A DNA stretch of 64,000 nucleotides from the human T2T-CHM13v2.0 reference genome, Homo sapiens: assembly GCF_009914755.1 (NCBI RefSeq), contig NC_060927.1. One strand, given 5' to 3'. Below the pieces are notes generated by a model. That model ran no database searches. It saw only the letters and a program-made list of their open reading frames with translations, and was not told the origin of the DNA. The first letter of the stretch is position 1; every line of letters starts with the position of its first letter. Of the stretch, positions 33,294 to 48,813 are shown piece after piece. Position numbers and translations under genes: made by a program.

Positions 33294-33321
33294 CTTAAGT
33301 TGTTTCCTATTCAGATTTGTA
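33294..33321 (-). CDS. PLCH1: PLCH1 28-nt alternative exon encoding VQI* (short isoform C-terminus); coding part 33311-33321
   Basis: ctgtgtag|TACAAATCTGAATAGGAAACAACTTAAG|gtaatc; phase-1 join gives ENSL-V-Q-I-stop. Confidence 0.65.
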
Positions 33322-35300
33322 CTACACAGAAGCATGGCAATAGAAACAGAACAAGACAGCTCTGTTAAACAAAGCATTGTGGTACCTGTAAGCAAGATAC
33401 TATAAGCTTTCAAAGTTATACATGTATTAGTTAAAACAAAAAAAGAAGAAAAGAAGAAAAACATAATAATATCATTTTCAAAACATTTTGGGAGCATATT
33501 TAATTTAGTCAATTAATTTCTAAAATAATTGGAAGGTGCAATAAATGCATTAAAATATCAATATCTGTTGAGTTAAAATGTAAAGATAAAAATTGGTCAT
33601 CAATTCCATGTCATTGCTAATATCTAATTTTTTGTTAATCATATATTTCTTTTTAATACACAAATTTCATATTGCATCCTTCCCTAAAAGTGGCAGTAAG
33701 TTGTCAGGCACAGTAAAGGAAAACCATAAAAACACAATTCACAGTAATTTGGGATAGCCCATCATGGTTAGTATACTGCTAGGAGAGTATGAGGTATTCA
33801 ATTCTTCATCAGATTATTTTAATAATTTAATGCTTTCAGAGTCATGATATATAAGAAAAAGAACTTGTTCAACTTGTTATTAAATAGTTTCCAAACTAAA
33901 AATATTCATCATAAAAATTTTGAAAACCTCAAAAAATTATAAAGAAAAAATTAAATACCATATGATGTTACCACTGAGACAGCCACTGTAAGATTTTGCA
34001 GAGGAACAGAATAATATATAGAATTTTGTAGTCTGCTTTTTCTGTACTTAATGCAACATAACTATGTATTGTTTTATATTTACCGAAACTTTAATACACA
34101 TGACTAATTTATATAACTGTTTTTTAAAAGTAGACAAGAAACATTACCTCAAAATTGCTTTCTAACTCACCTTAATGGTATTAACATCTTAACTGTGGCA
34201 TTAACAGATAGAACCAATTTCTACTGAATATAGCTTTATTTTTCCCAAAGATGGGGTTTTAAAATACATTTTAAGGCACATGTTTTATCTCTTCTCTGAC
34301 ACTGCTCTTAGCAAAATTTCAAGCTTTTAAATGTTCTTTTTCTCCTTCAAATAAACCACTGAAGAATATCTTGTAACAAAAATCAATACAAGTAAAATGG
34401 TGTTTGTGGGAAAAGAGAGCACTGAAATTAGACCATTTGATAAAAGTTAAAAGAATAATTTTGCTAAAGGAAATCAGTACCACATTTTACTTGTCTGAGA
34501 TGATTCTGATTTAATTAAAACATATTTGTTGCAGAGATATCAAATGCACACAGTTTTGGCGCTTAAATTTACCCCCAGATAGGATGGGTTGGGAGTCACC
34601 AACATCAGTCAAAAATTCTCTGGCACACTGCAAGGCGGTCTTCACTCTTTATTGAGCTCCTGATATGAGTCAATGATACACTCAAATTAAGGAAAAAGAC
34701 AGGCAGCACCTGGTCCCTATGCTTGTGGAGCCCACAACCGTGCTGAAGCTGCAGGCACACCTCTATCTCTGTCAGCATCCAAGGATCAGGGAAGTGAGGC
34801 CACAGGAAAACACTGCCTGAGCCACATCTTGAGAAAAAAGATTTGCCTGTTTTTGAAAAAGGTGGCTCGTTTTTAACATCTGGCTTTCTTTCTCCATAAA
34901 CATTTCCAATCATGGAAATGTGTTATATGGTAAGAAAAGTAATACAACTATATTCACCCTCAAAACAAATCAGTAAATATGGCACTCATTTGGAAAATCA
35001 ATATTTCAAATCCTATTTTGCAGGTTTCATCTTCCTCTCTGTGCCATCACACCTAATGGCTCCCCTATCCCTCACTGTCAATTTCAGATGTTGATATTAT
35101 GAAGCTCTTGGTGAGGAGGAAATGGATCTACCTGGCCCCCAAAGTTTAAAATCTTCTGGTCTGGAAGATCACATTACAAAGTATTTATTTTTCAGTATAT
35201 TTTACTTTGACTACAGAATGTCAGCCACTTCATAATGGTAAACAGGGACTGACATGCAGCCTAGAAGGGTTTATTCTCAGAGAAACTTAAAGCATCTTAC

Positions 35301-35655
35301 CTAGAGAGTTTTCTTTTCCTTCAATGTCTTTTGCTGTTTCAGATACAGGCAGCGACAAAGCTCCCAGAAGGTTTCTGTCAACAGGCATAGAGACAGGGCG
35401 TGCTTGCAAACTGCGTGTGGTCCTCCTCAGCACGCCATCTTGATCTCTTGTGGCCTCGGACACAGAATCCTTTATCTCCACCATTTCTTGGAAGCCCATT
35501 TTGCTCTTTTTCCTGCCTTTGGCTGGGGCGCTAGCTGTGCGTCGCAGAATTCTATCTCCAATGGATCGCTTCCGTACATAATGGGAATTGTTTTCTGAAG
35601 AACTGTGCCTAGGATTCTTATTGAACAGTCCCTTCAGACCCTGGAGTTGTCTGTT
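35301..35655 (-). CDS. PLCH1: PLCH1 exon NRQLQGLKGLF...GKENSL
   Basis: ORF 35287..35691; gtcttcag| acceptor, TAG|gtaaga donor; 355 nt, phase 0 to 1. Confidence 0.93.
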
Positions 35656-36091
35656 CTGAAGACACAAAAGAACCAACCACAAGTTAAGCAAATGCCATCA
35701 CATCAACAACTTGCCTTGAAAATGACAGCTCCATGAAAAATGAATATAAACCAAAATCGTACAGCCATTGAAATATATTCAAACCAAGAAAGCAGCAGCT
35801 CACAGCATGTTTGCACAACTTCATGCACATCTTATCAACCTTACTTTGCAAGGACTTCAGCCTTCCATTCTTACATCAAGCTTTCCCAGAAGTTTCCTAC
35901 CCAGAGATGACAAAGTGGTAGGAAAAGTCTCCACAGCTCATAGACTGCTATGAACTTCAGGCGCCTTAAAGCAACAGATGCATGTTTCAAAGTGGTAAGC
36001 AGGAAGATGGAGTGATATGAAAAAGCATGCTGCCATAACCACTTAAAAAGAAATATGCCAGCCAGAACAAAGCACCATGCTGAGAAACTAC

Positions 36092-36151
36092 CTTTGTAGC
36101 TCCTAGAAAGTGCAATATAGTATAACTGGGGTTGAGTATTAAAGGGCTCCA
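36092..36151 (-). CDS. PLCH1: PLCH1 60-nt in-frame cassette exon WSPLILNPSYTILHFLGATK
   Basis: ttttttcctttacag|TGG...AAG|gtagtt; phase 0/0; matches a peptide I recall from the long reference isoform. Confidence 0.75.
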
Positions 36152-36457
36152 CTGTAAAGGAAAAAAACAAAACACAACAAAACACAATTGGGGCTCATTG
36201 AAGAGGGTGTCACAAGTAAACACAAAAGAAAAAATGCATACATGTCTATAAACCCTTTCTCTTAGTTTTGGGGATTTTTAGTCTTATGCTCATTCATTGT
36301 TCAACCAATATCCACTACACTGTGATGTGTGGATCCCAACCCGAACACATCTTGAAAGGAATAAAGAGTATGACTCATAAATGGACATTTATTTAGCAGA
36401 GAAGATGGAGGTGATATAGAACACTTTCAGATTTTAATTTATTTCTGGCTCAAGTTT

Positions 36458-36769
<312 letters not shown>

Positions 36770-37973
36770 CTGGCTCAAGTTTTAAACAAATTCAGAATGT
36801 AATTGTTTCCCTCAATGTGATAAATGCTAGAGATAATCTGTAGTTAACCTGGGATTCCTAGAATTCAAGAATCATTTTTGAATTATTTACATTTGTGTCT
36901 ACTTAGATGAGAGGCAAGACCCCAACAAGCAGCACAAACAGAAATCCAGGACTAAACACAGGAAGTTATGGTATAAAACTTCACGAGTCTTAGAAATTAG
37001 GATCCTTACCCCCACCTCCACGCCCTTGCTGACAGATATGAAAATAAACTTTACACTCCCTAATTCATGCTGAAATGGTCCATTCCTTATTAGTTGGGTT
37101 GTAGTCATAATAACATTAATATTAGCCAACATTTCTGAGCATTTACTGTGTACCAGGCAGCTTTCTAAGGATAAGATATATATTTATTTATGAGATAGGT
37201 ATTATTTTTATCCCACATTCACAGATGAGGAAGCTTCCAGCTATACAGATTTTCTGGCAAAGAGCACGGGACATTTCTAGGCCCCATTCAATGCTTTAAC
37301 AGTCCCTCCAAATCCCGTGTGGTCCTGAAAATTCATACTGGTAACCAAGTCCCCAATTACTTGACATGACCAGAGGACAACCTATTGATTTGTAAACCTC
37401 AAATGAGTTCTATAACCAAGACAACAGCATCAGGAAAGAACTAGAATGCATTTACATGGTCGCCTTTTCAGTCCTATAGGTAGCTTTAAAATCCATTCAC
37501 AATTTTTAGATTTTCAGTTAAAAACATTGGTACCAAATGAATGTAGCCTGCCTAGAAGTCGCTGGGATCACAGCCCAGTTAGTACAGGTAACTCATCAAC
37601 CATCTGAGACACTGCATTTCCCACTGAGGCCAGTTGAGTCTTTTTAAGGATTAAAATAAAACTCAACATTTAACTATATCTTCATTGTTTTAGCCCAACA
37701 GATTACTGCCTGAGAGAATAATAGTTTTCTCAATTCTATTAAGCCCAGAGAGGGCCCCTGTATAGAAGAAATGAGTACACACCTTAAATAGTGAAAAGAG
37801 TACAGGTGGATCAGGACATGACTGGAATAGCAGACTGGGCTTGCTGGGCCTCCTTAGAGTTTTTGGTTCAAGAACAGTTTGTCAAAATTTACATTCCTAT
37901 TATGCAATTAATCAGTAGCATTGTTAAGGACCATATTAATGTATATGACTTTAAATCCTATGATCTTTCTCAC

Positions 37974-38053
37974 CTTTCCATAGATTTCATTGATGGTTAT
38001 GTGTACAAATATGGATGCTTCTGTCAGTCCTTCCAAATAGACATGCCGGTAGC
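37974..38053 (-). CDS. PLCH1: PLCH1 exon, end of C2 domain (YRHVYLEGLTEASIFVHITINEIYGK)
   Basis: ttatcag|GC...AAG|gtgaga; 80 nt, phase 1 to 0. Confidence 0.93.
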
Positions 38054-38136
38054 CTGATAAAAGGAAAGAGAGTCGTTTCTTTTTAGTTGAACTTGCATTT
38101 GGCTTTCTCATGGGTGCAACAAAATTAAGTATCTGA

Positions 38137-38531
<395 letters not shown>

Positions 38532-38606
38532 TAACATATCATATATTACGTCTTCCAAATAAAAAGGAATGGTCAGTCTAGAGAGAAAAGGCCAGCTCAT
38601 ACCTAC

Positions 38607-38753
38607 CAGGCACTAAGCTGCTGAAGGTCACAGTTCTTTGTCCAACAAAGTCTCGTCCAATGGGATCGTGATCCCACACAAGGAACCGAACCAAAGCTAT
38701 TTCTGGCATGTGTACTGTAAATGTCAGTGTTTCTTCCCACACAGGGTTAAATC
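38607..38753 (-). CDS. PLCH1: PLCH1 exon, C2 domain (FNPVWEETLTFTVHMPEIALVRFLVWDHDPIGRDFVGQRTVTFSSLVP)
   Basis: 147 nt, phase 1/1; ctgag|GA acceptor, CTG|gtaggt donor; typical PLC C2 motif. Confidence 0.93.
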
Positions 38754-40730
38754 CTCAGAGAAATAGGAAAAGAAAAATCAGAAAAGCAAAGGACTTGGCT
38801 GAAAATGAGTTGGCAGCAACATCTGCAAAGCAGACGGTGAAAATTGCTTGCAATGGTTATTAAACTCATGAAGACAACTAAGCCACACTCAAGGATGCCT
38901 TACTGGAATAAAGCCTCGAAATTTACCCCCTTGCTAGAAAATAATTGGTAAGAAAATTGCCTGTAAATTATCACATCAAATCTATTAATCTTTGATGCCT
39001 AACTGTATTGTAGAGAAGCTCTTTAGTATTCAGAATGCTTCAATAAGTTAAAAAATTATCTATAGTAGTGATCTAAGAATAATGTTTTAGACAAAACAAT
39101 AAAGAATGATATCCTCTCCCAACAGAATTATGCTTCTCATGCACCAAAGATCCTGCTGCTGTAATAACCACCAACAACCATTTTATAAGGTGCATTTGCA
39201 GGTTTCAACTCCTATTGTACATACATCCTCTTATTTCTTATAGCAATTCTCTAAGTTTTTTTTAGAGGATGTTTAGAGTTTTTAGAGTAGAGCAGGGTTT
39301 TGGTTTTTGTTTCTTTCTAATTAAAAAATATATATTACTGACTTTCAAAAATATATTACTTTCAAAAACTGTACAAGTAACACTCATCTTTTAAAGTAGG
39401 GAATATCAGTATTTATAAGACATTTTGTAGTTGAGAAAATTGATGTTCATAGACAATAATGTGCCCAAGGCCACACAAGGCCTTATAGTTAGTGACAGGG
39501 TCAAATTAGACCATGCACTATTGATTCCCAGTAGCTTCTCACGAAGCAAGACCTTACTGCATGAATGATGGCATATTTTCACAGCTACTGAAAAATAAGT
39601 TAATAAGGTATATAATTCACCTCAAATACTAAAATGCAAAAATACATTTACTTGGTAAAATTCTCTCCAATAAAATAACTATAAAAGTTGTTAAAAATTC
39701 AAGTACTCCATAAGTTTCTGTTTTTCTTCCTTTCTAAAAATGAAAATAAGTGTTTAAAAATGTATGCATTTCGGAGGTATCAACCACTTAACCCTATCAA
39801 AAAGCCTCGAGCTAATGAAATAATTATGAGCTGAAAAATCACTGAGATACCTCTCTTGAATCAGAGAAGATCTTTTTGTTGACTTAGTGATGACCTCTCA
39901 ATTATTTCTGAGACTAAAAAAAGAAAGAAGAATCTATTGAACATCGGTGGGAAAATGCAATTTGAGAAGGTTTCTTTCTGTGTACATGTTTTTCCTAAGT
40001 TATAGGTTTGCCCTACTCTGAAACTGTAGTGTTCCTTCAGGGACTCCTTGTGAACCCTTAATTTCTCAAATTAATGATTGTGCTTCAAATGTATTTTACA
40101 GTATTAATCACAAGAGATTGAGGAAAAATAGGTATACAATAATGTTTGTGAAATGTATGAACAAACAAATTTTAAAAGATTACAAATAAAAAGACATGAG
40201 GCTTGGGTAAAGAAAAATTTCTTTATATTATGGCGAAAATATAAGAAGAATGCTGCCCCTCCAATCGTATGTAAATATTCAAGAAGTAAACTCGCCAGAC
40301 TATATTGTGCTTGCCTTTAGAGTTTTACATGCTCCAGAAAAAGTGAGAAATTATCAAGACACATAGGCTTCACAAATGAGAGCTTTGAGAAAACGCATGT
40401 CATAAAAATACAATATAAACATATAATGGAGGCATTTCCTCAGTGAATTTTTAACCCAATTCTTTAAAATATCATTTACTCTTTTTACTAGAAAAAAAAT
40501 TTCCTTTAAAAGCAAAAGTCTAGAGAGCCTAGATTACAATACCATAAAAATAAGCCACGCATCAATTCCACAGTTACTTAGTTTTATGTGTTGAAAAGCT
40601 TTTAACATAAACTCAGATGGGAGTTACGGATTTTAGAGATTTCTTGCTCTTCTACATAGACACTTTTTTTAGTGTAAATTCTATTTCTAGACCATCTTCA
40701 TTAAAAAGTGAACACAGATTACCATCTTAC

Positions 40731-40815
40731 CATTGTCATCTACCACACGGGTTTGATCTTTACAACAATCTACTGGCAATCCAATAATTTCAACTTCAAC
40801 AAAAGGGTCAATGAT
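40731..40815 (-). CDS. PLCH1: PLCH1 exon, C2 domain (IIDPFVEVEIIGLPVDCCKDQTRVVDDN)
   Basis: 85 nt; taatag| acceptor, ATG|gtaaga donor. Confidence 0.93.
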
Positions 40816-41186
40816 CTATTAAGTAAAGAGAAAGTACTATTACAAATAACATATTTCTATACATATGTTAATTAATCTGAGAATATTGGCCAAAATGTCT
40901 ACATTTCGACAGCAACTGATTTTACAAGGTGCTTAGTAAGAAAAAGAAATGGTACTAGGTGTGGTGGATTCAGATATATGAGACAAGTATAAAAAATATT
41001 AAATTACTGTTTGCTAGTATTTATTAACGCCAACAACTTTACCCACTGAACCTACAACTTTAGTTCAGGGCAAATACCAAACAGAACTGAGATGTTTTGC
41101 CCATGCACAAATGCTGAGAGCAGCTGTATCTATAATAGTCAAACACTGGAAACAACCTAAATTTCTATCATGAGTAGGATGGATAA

Positions 41187-41525
<339 letters not shown>

Positions 41526-42675
41526 TGAATACTCTCAACAATGAGAAAAGAATAAAGTTCTCCTATATAACATAACGTTGAGCAAGCCAGACATAAAAGA
41601 GTACCTACTCTAAGAGTCCATTTATATAAAGTTTAGGAATAGACAAAATTTGTCTGCTGTGATAGGGGTTGGTGTTTGCTATGAGAGGCAGTGGGGAGGG
41701 TAGATATTGACTGGGAAGGTGGACAGGAGCCTTCTAGGGATTCTGGATATACTCTGCCTTGATCTGGGTGGCATAATAATTAATCAAGCTATGCATGTTT
41801 GATTCTTATACTTTAATTCCCATCCTCTCCTCTAGGGGGAAATATCTTGTATTGTTGGTCATCTGTAGACTCTCCTTTCTGGTACCAGTTCTGGGCGACG
41901 AACAATGAAGGAATAAAACCCAAAGAATCTAGAAAGAGCTGACCTAAGAAAGTCTAAAGCAGAGAAAGTAGACTTCTTAAAGCATTTATGGCGGTACCAA
42001 ATTGTAGAGCTCTGTGATTTCCTTCCTTAAGATCCAAAAATGATGGTTTAATAGGCGGGAGTGACAAAGAACCTGAAGTAATGGATCAGCTCTGAGAGGA
42101 AGGGCATGAGCATAGGAGAAGCTGCTATATAGCGAGAAAACAGAAGCCAAGAAGGTATAATGGAAACAATGGGCTAAGAGCTCTGGAAAAAAAAAAGACT
42201 GTGGCCGCAGATGAAGACATTTTAAAATCACGCGACACAGGTACAGCAGATGATAATAAGAATCAGCACATGGCCAAGGAGCAGGTGGCTGATGTGCAGC
42301 AGGGAGGAGCATTGCAGGAGGACAGGAATGTGAGGTTATATTATTAACGGAACATTGCCTTTCTAGGTTAAGATATACTCTTAGGTGTTGTTCTGTTAAT
42401 AATATAATTGTCTTTGCACTCCAATTTTAGCAATGCTAGTGTCAACCTTAAATTGTGAATTCAATTGTGTGCTCTTATGCCTTCAAAATAGATGATGGAC
42501 AGCAGTACAGCAAGAACTGTGTGACTTACCAATAAATCAGTTAATGTCTGATAAGCTGAGGTCAGTGCTCAGTTATGAACACACATACATCTCTGAAGAC
42601 ATTTCGGATAAAATGTAAATGCACTAAGATAATCACATAATTAACCACTTAGACACGTAGTCATAGGCAACTTAC

Positions 42676-42800
42676 CTCGCCTCGATCTCCAAACATGGAG
42701 TCTGGAGGTTTGGGGAGTTGCTGTCCACTGATAACTTTCAGGATGAGCTGCTTTTTGGGGTTGGCAGGAAGAGGGTCACCAGAGAAAGGGTTGAAAGTAC
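42676..42800 (-). CDS. PLCH1: PLCH1 exon, Y-C2 junction (TFNPFSGDPLPANPKKQLILKVISGQQLPKPPDSMFGDRGE)
   Basis: 125 nt; cctag|GT...GAG|gtaagt; ORF 42661..42855. Confidence 0.93.
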
Positions 42801-43311
42801 CTAGGCCAAGTAAAGTATAAGTTGGTAACATAAGAAGAAACACACACGCATGCACAGCTTAAGCTTGTAAACAAAGAAACAAACAAACAAAAACAAATGC
42901 TGAATTACATGATCACATAACTATCAGTGTGGCATAGCTGTGGTTTTCATTAGAAACCATGTTGCCAAAGGCCAGTGGAGTGGGCCAACTTAAAGCAAGT
43001 GTTTGCAATGCAATGATCAACTGTGGAATGAAGGAAGAGAAGCATTTTATTTGAACACCAACAGTGTAAAAAGAAGAACAATTATGTCAGATTCAAATAA
43101 TTTTCTAACCTAAACTATCTCAGGCATGAGTGAATATAACAAACAGAAAGAAGACTTGAAATTAAGTAAACAGCAGAGCAAGAAAATGTGCAAAGTGTAA
43201 AATCTTGAAGATAATCCTGTCAACAACTTTTTTATCTGAATTGTTATATATGTAATTTGGAAATTTTAAAAATAATTTTAATGAGCAGAACCAAAAGAAA
43301 GTGTTGTTTGA

Positions 43312-43690
<379 letters not shown>

Positions 43691-44087
43691 TGATAAAATT
43701 GTTTCAGGTGGAATTGAAGCTTCCCAGCAGGTCACAGACTCACATTACTTAAGATAGTTTCTGAAAGATTGGGCTCAGACCTTAAAAAGCAGTCCAGCTT
43801 ATATGGGGCACTGGATTTCAAGTGATAACCCAATGCTATCCATGTCCCTCTTTCACACACGACCTCTCAAGATAACATTCTAAACATCACGGCTAACCAA
43901 ATATTAAGTAGTGGTGACAAGAATTCTAATTCACATTCAAACACCTTAACCTATCTTTTTGAAAAAAAAAAGTTGAAAAACTCTGGGGTATCACACTTTC
44001 TAAACAGCTTCCTTAATAAAGGTTGCCTGCATTTAGACTATGAAATTAACACACACCTGCATTTATGACTATGAAATTAATACACAC

Positions 44088-44195
44088 CTTTGCACATTTG
44101 CTGGGGTTTGAGGACATAGCCACAATTGCCATTTGCCTTGAATTTGGCTCGGTTTAACTGCATCATTCGTCCTTCAGATTGATAATTCAGTGCCA
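44088..44195 (-). CDS. PLCH1: PLCH1 exon, Y box ([36 protein letters not shown])
   Basis: 108 nt; gcacag|TG...AAG|gtgtgt; conserved PLC ALNxQ and GYVLKP motifs. Confidence 0.94.
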
Positions 44196-44284
44196 CTGTG
44201 CAAGTTGAAAGTGGGAGAGAATTAGGCAAGATGGTGGCATAGTGAGAATATACAGAGAACCACTCCTTCCCAAGGAATACACAC

Positions 44285-44464
44285 CTAGCTGGCAGCCTGC
44301 GTTCCAGTAGGGGAGAGGGTTGAAGTTACTGGAATCAATGCGGTAGGCAGAGGGGTAAATCCTCGTGAGTTGCTTTTGATTATAAATCATGAACTGCTCT
44401 GATTTTTGCTGAACAACCTGATGTGCTCTTGTTTCACTGAATGATAACACATTTCCTGTGGTTC
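44285..44464 (-). CDS. PLCH1: PLCH1 exon, Y box ([15 protein letters not shown]...[26 protein letters not shown])
   Basis: 180 nt; ORF 44187..44450; RIYP and DSSNFNP motifs; 89-nt intron to the next exon. Confidence 0.94.
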
Positions 44465-47267
44465 CTGGCAGTTTTTAATCGAGAAAAAAAGGAAGTGAGA
44501 ACTACAGCAAAGAAAACACCACGCACAGAAGACTTTATAATAATGTCAGATTATACCAATAGCAAAAAGCAGAGCACTAGAGAGTGGATTCAACCAGAGT
44601 AGAGGCAGCTCCTCAACAGAAAAGACCCATAACATTCCATTCATAGGGTTCTTTTGCCATTTTGAGGCCAAATCAGAGCTGTGTGTCTTGCTCAAGTAGC
44701 TGTCTATTTCTGGGTCCCCTGTTCTCCCTAAGAATTCAATCATACCGCTAATTTATGCCTATCTGGCTAGCATGAAAAGAACAGGTAGAAAAAATAACTT
44801 AAACAGAATATATTTGCCAAATATATAGACAACCATGGATAAATAAAACTAGATAGCTTCTTCCTGATAACAGGAAGACATTCATTGAAGGCACTCATCT
44901 AAAAGGCACACAAGTAAAACATGTATTACTAGTAACATCCAGGATCCAAGAAAATAAAGGAAAATGAACAATTATAAAAATAAAAAGTTGAGTTTTAAAG
45001 TTGCTTTGAATAGAACTATGGAACAAGTCAAAACCTATTTGGGAGAAAGGAATAATAATGGAGAAAAAGAGGTCAAAAGCATTATAAAGGAATAAAAGTT
45101 TTAAGAACAAAGACAGACATTCACCTAGCCACGCATATAAACTATGGAACAAAGTAAAGGAAGGTAAAAGTACATGAAGCCTGTACTAAAGTTTCTGCCA
45201 GCACAATCATCAGGAGGGGTCAATCTAGACTCACAGAAGCTGCAAATTTGGGGGTCATAATGGAGTAAAGCTCCAAACATTTAATATTCCACTCTTGTCT
45301 CCAATCCCACCTTTTGTACCATATCTACAAAGCCCCCGCTATTTCCACTCCTTCACCAAGAACCCATACCCTATCCCCAAAATGGCCGCCCATATGTCAT
45401 TTGAACATGCTGGAAAAGACCAGCCCAGATAAAAAGACCCAAAGTTACCCAGAATCTCATTCTTATTCAGCCCTAATAAGCTGAGTGTGTCTGAGCCCAG
45501 ACAGAGAGATGTGGTCCATGAAACCAAAGAGTTGAACTGTATATGGTCTCGCTTTGCCAGCTGGGCCTGAGTCATATCTAGACTCTGCATGTTTATTAAC
45601 ACACAGTTTCCCAGGGCCCCTGTGGTCCTCAGGGTTGTACACCCTTAGATGTTAGATGCTGCCCAACTGACAATGATACTCCCGAGTTAGAAGAGTCAGG
45701 AATACAAACTGTGGCAAAGAAATGAGAGGATTACAGTTTTTAATGTGATGATGTTTCTAGTTTAGACCCTTTCCTTAAAGATACATGTTCATATATTTTT
45801 TATTGGCATAACCTATTAACACAGTTTACATATCTCAAGCATACTAATATTGAACTTAATTGCAGATTTTGATGAGGGATGTTTTAAACATTATAGGAGA
45901 AAATATCTTTTTGACAAGCCTAATTCAGATAGAATAGGACTATAATCACTACTACTGTTTTGTCTGTCTCTCTACATAAATATGCACATCACAATATCAT
46001 TGATACGACCTTGCTAATTAGGCACATATCAATTAGTATATTAATAGAGTTGAGTTGTATCACATTAGGATAAGCCATGCATTCATTATCTAGTTTTCAT
46101 TTTGTGGCTGGCAAAAAAATTAAAAAGACAAAAACAGCTGAAGTTCCAGAGCTAAATAGTACTCAAGATTAATTTCCATTAAGTTAATAGGATTATGTTT
46201 TCCAAGCCATTTATTGGAAATTTTTATTCCCTAAACCAAATATACCTTTAACTTAATGCAATCATTCCCTGAGTTTATTTTTGAGCTAAGGGCAATTGTT
46301 GTAAGAGTGTGTTGCTCAGTTGCTGAGAATCCTACAGGTTCTCATGCTCTCACATGTGAAATTCATTTAAATCTTGTATAATTGTTACCATTTGAAGAAG
46401 GAATCAAGGCCAAAGGGAAGAAATCTTTCTGCAAATAGAAAAAGATACATTTGTGGAGTGGGGGCTGGGCAGGGGGAGATGGGAGGGAAGAATCCTGGAG
46501 GTTTGTGAGGACACAATGTTGTTTTCCCTTCACTAAAACTTGTTGAGAAATTTGGAGGTCCTGATTTACATTTCGGTTCCACTAAAATTAAAATTAGATG
46601 AAAAGCCACATGACAGTAGGTTTTTTTTCTGTAAGCATTCAGTAACTAAATGAAATAGAAGATAAAGGAGACAAGAGTAACTAGCAGGAAAGCCAAGGAT
46701 ATGAATAGATGTGACTAGAATTTCTCAGCTCCGTGTGGCAACTGATAGGTAAAAAACAGTGACGGAGAGAATGCTACTGAGATTTCTGCTCTTTTTGTTA
46801 AAACTTCAATCTGGATTAAGCTATTTTCACCCAAGTCAAAACTTTCATTGAGAAAATATAGGGCTTTTCAAGGTGTGATTTTAGCCAATTAATTTCTTCT
46901 TTTGGTCATTCGCATTTGGAATGGCCATCTGTGACCTGGTCCTCAAGCCGGGCCTGGACTTCACAGTTCAAGTGTTGCAGGAAGATCTTGCCCTGAGGCA
47001 CTTGTCTTTGTATAGTAATAAAGTCCTCTTTGGCCCTGTGGGAACTTTCTCTGGCCTCTGGTCAATCAGGCAACCACAGTAATCAGTAGAACCCTCCATG
47101 TGAACTCAACACTATAGCAGCAGTGAGTTTCCTGACACTCAAATTGGTTTCTACATAGTCCCAAAAATGTGTGTTGATAATGGGATTAACAAAAATTCAT
47201 TAACAATTGAAAAAGAAAGGTCAAGAATGTTTATTCAGAGCAGAATGAGAAAACTCTCCATCCTTAC

Positions 47268-47365
47268 CGTCATCCACAATGTCCTGAGCGGCCACGGAGT
47301 TTGTGTACACAACCAAATCAGAGAGTTCTCGGCAGAGCTTCATGGTTTTCCTTCGGCGACCCAAT
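47268..47365 (-). CDS. PLCH1: PLCH1 exon, start of Y box (LGRRRKTMKLCRELSDLVVYTNSVAAQDIVDD)
   Basis: 98 nt; cttcacag|A...ACG|gtaagg; ELSDLVVY motif. Confidence 0.93.
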
Positions 47366-47554
47366 CTGTGAAGTACCCACAGAGGATGCATGACATTTTG
47401 GAGTTGAAAGAGGTTTGGGTTCTTGGTTATCCCACTTTCCTTATTTAAGACAATGATTTAATAGGGAATACCTGCCCCAGGTCCTAAGGGAGCCAGGATT
47501 GGCACCCAAGTGTGCTTCCTAGTTCAGTGCTCTTTCCACCACAAAATCCTACTA

Positions 47555-48366
<812 letters not shown>

Positions 48367-48813
48367 TAATGTGGTTTTATTCACTGCTCTGCCAGGAATC
48401 ACAGCCTCTTCTCATGCATTTGTGAGTTCTGCTGTGGAAGGCTGGATTCCCACTGTGACCCAGTTAGGGAGTAACACCAGAGTTCATCAGGGAACTACAT
48501 GGCCTTTGCAGGGAGGAGACCAGGGCTAAAATGGAACAGAAACACTGCATAGTGGGTAGCGGGCCACAAGAATTATACACCTAAAGGGAAATATGCCAAA
48601 TTTCCATAGTGATTATTGGAGAGATGTAATTACAAAGGATGTTTACTTTCTTCTTTATACTTTTTCTATATTCTCTAGCTTTCTTAAAACAAACATTCAT
48701 TACTTTATCTAGTGCTGTTTTTATCTTAGATATTTTAATAGTTTTCTCTCTCCTACAAACCACTCATAGGATCTCCTCTGCAACCTTACAAATTGTACCA
48801 CCACTCTCTTCTG

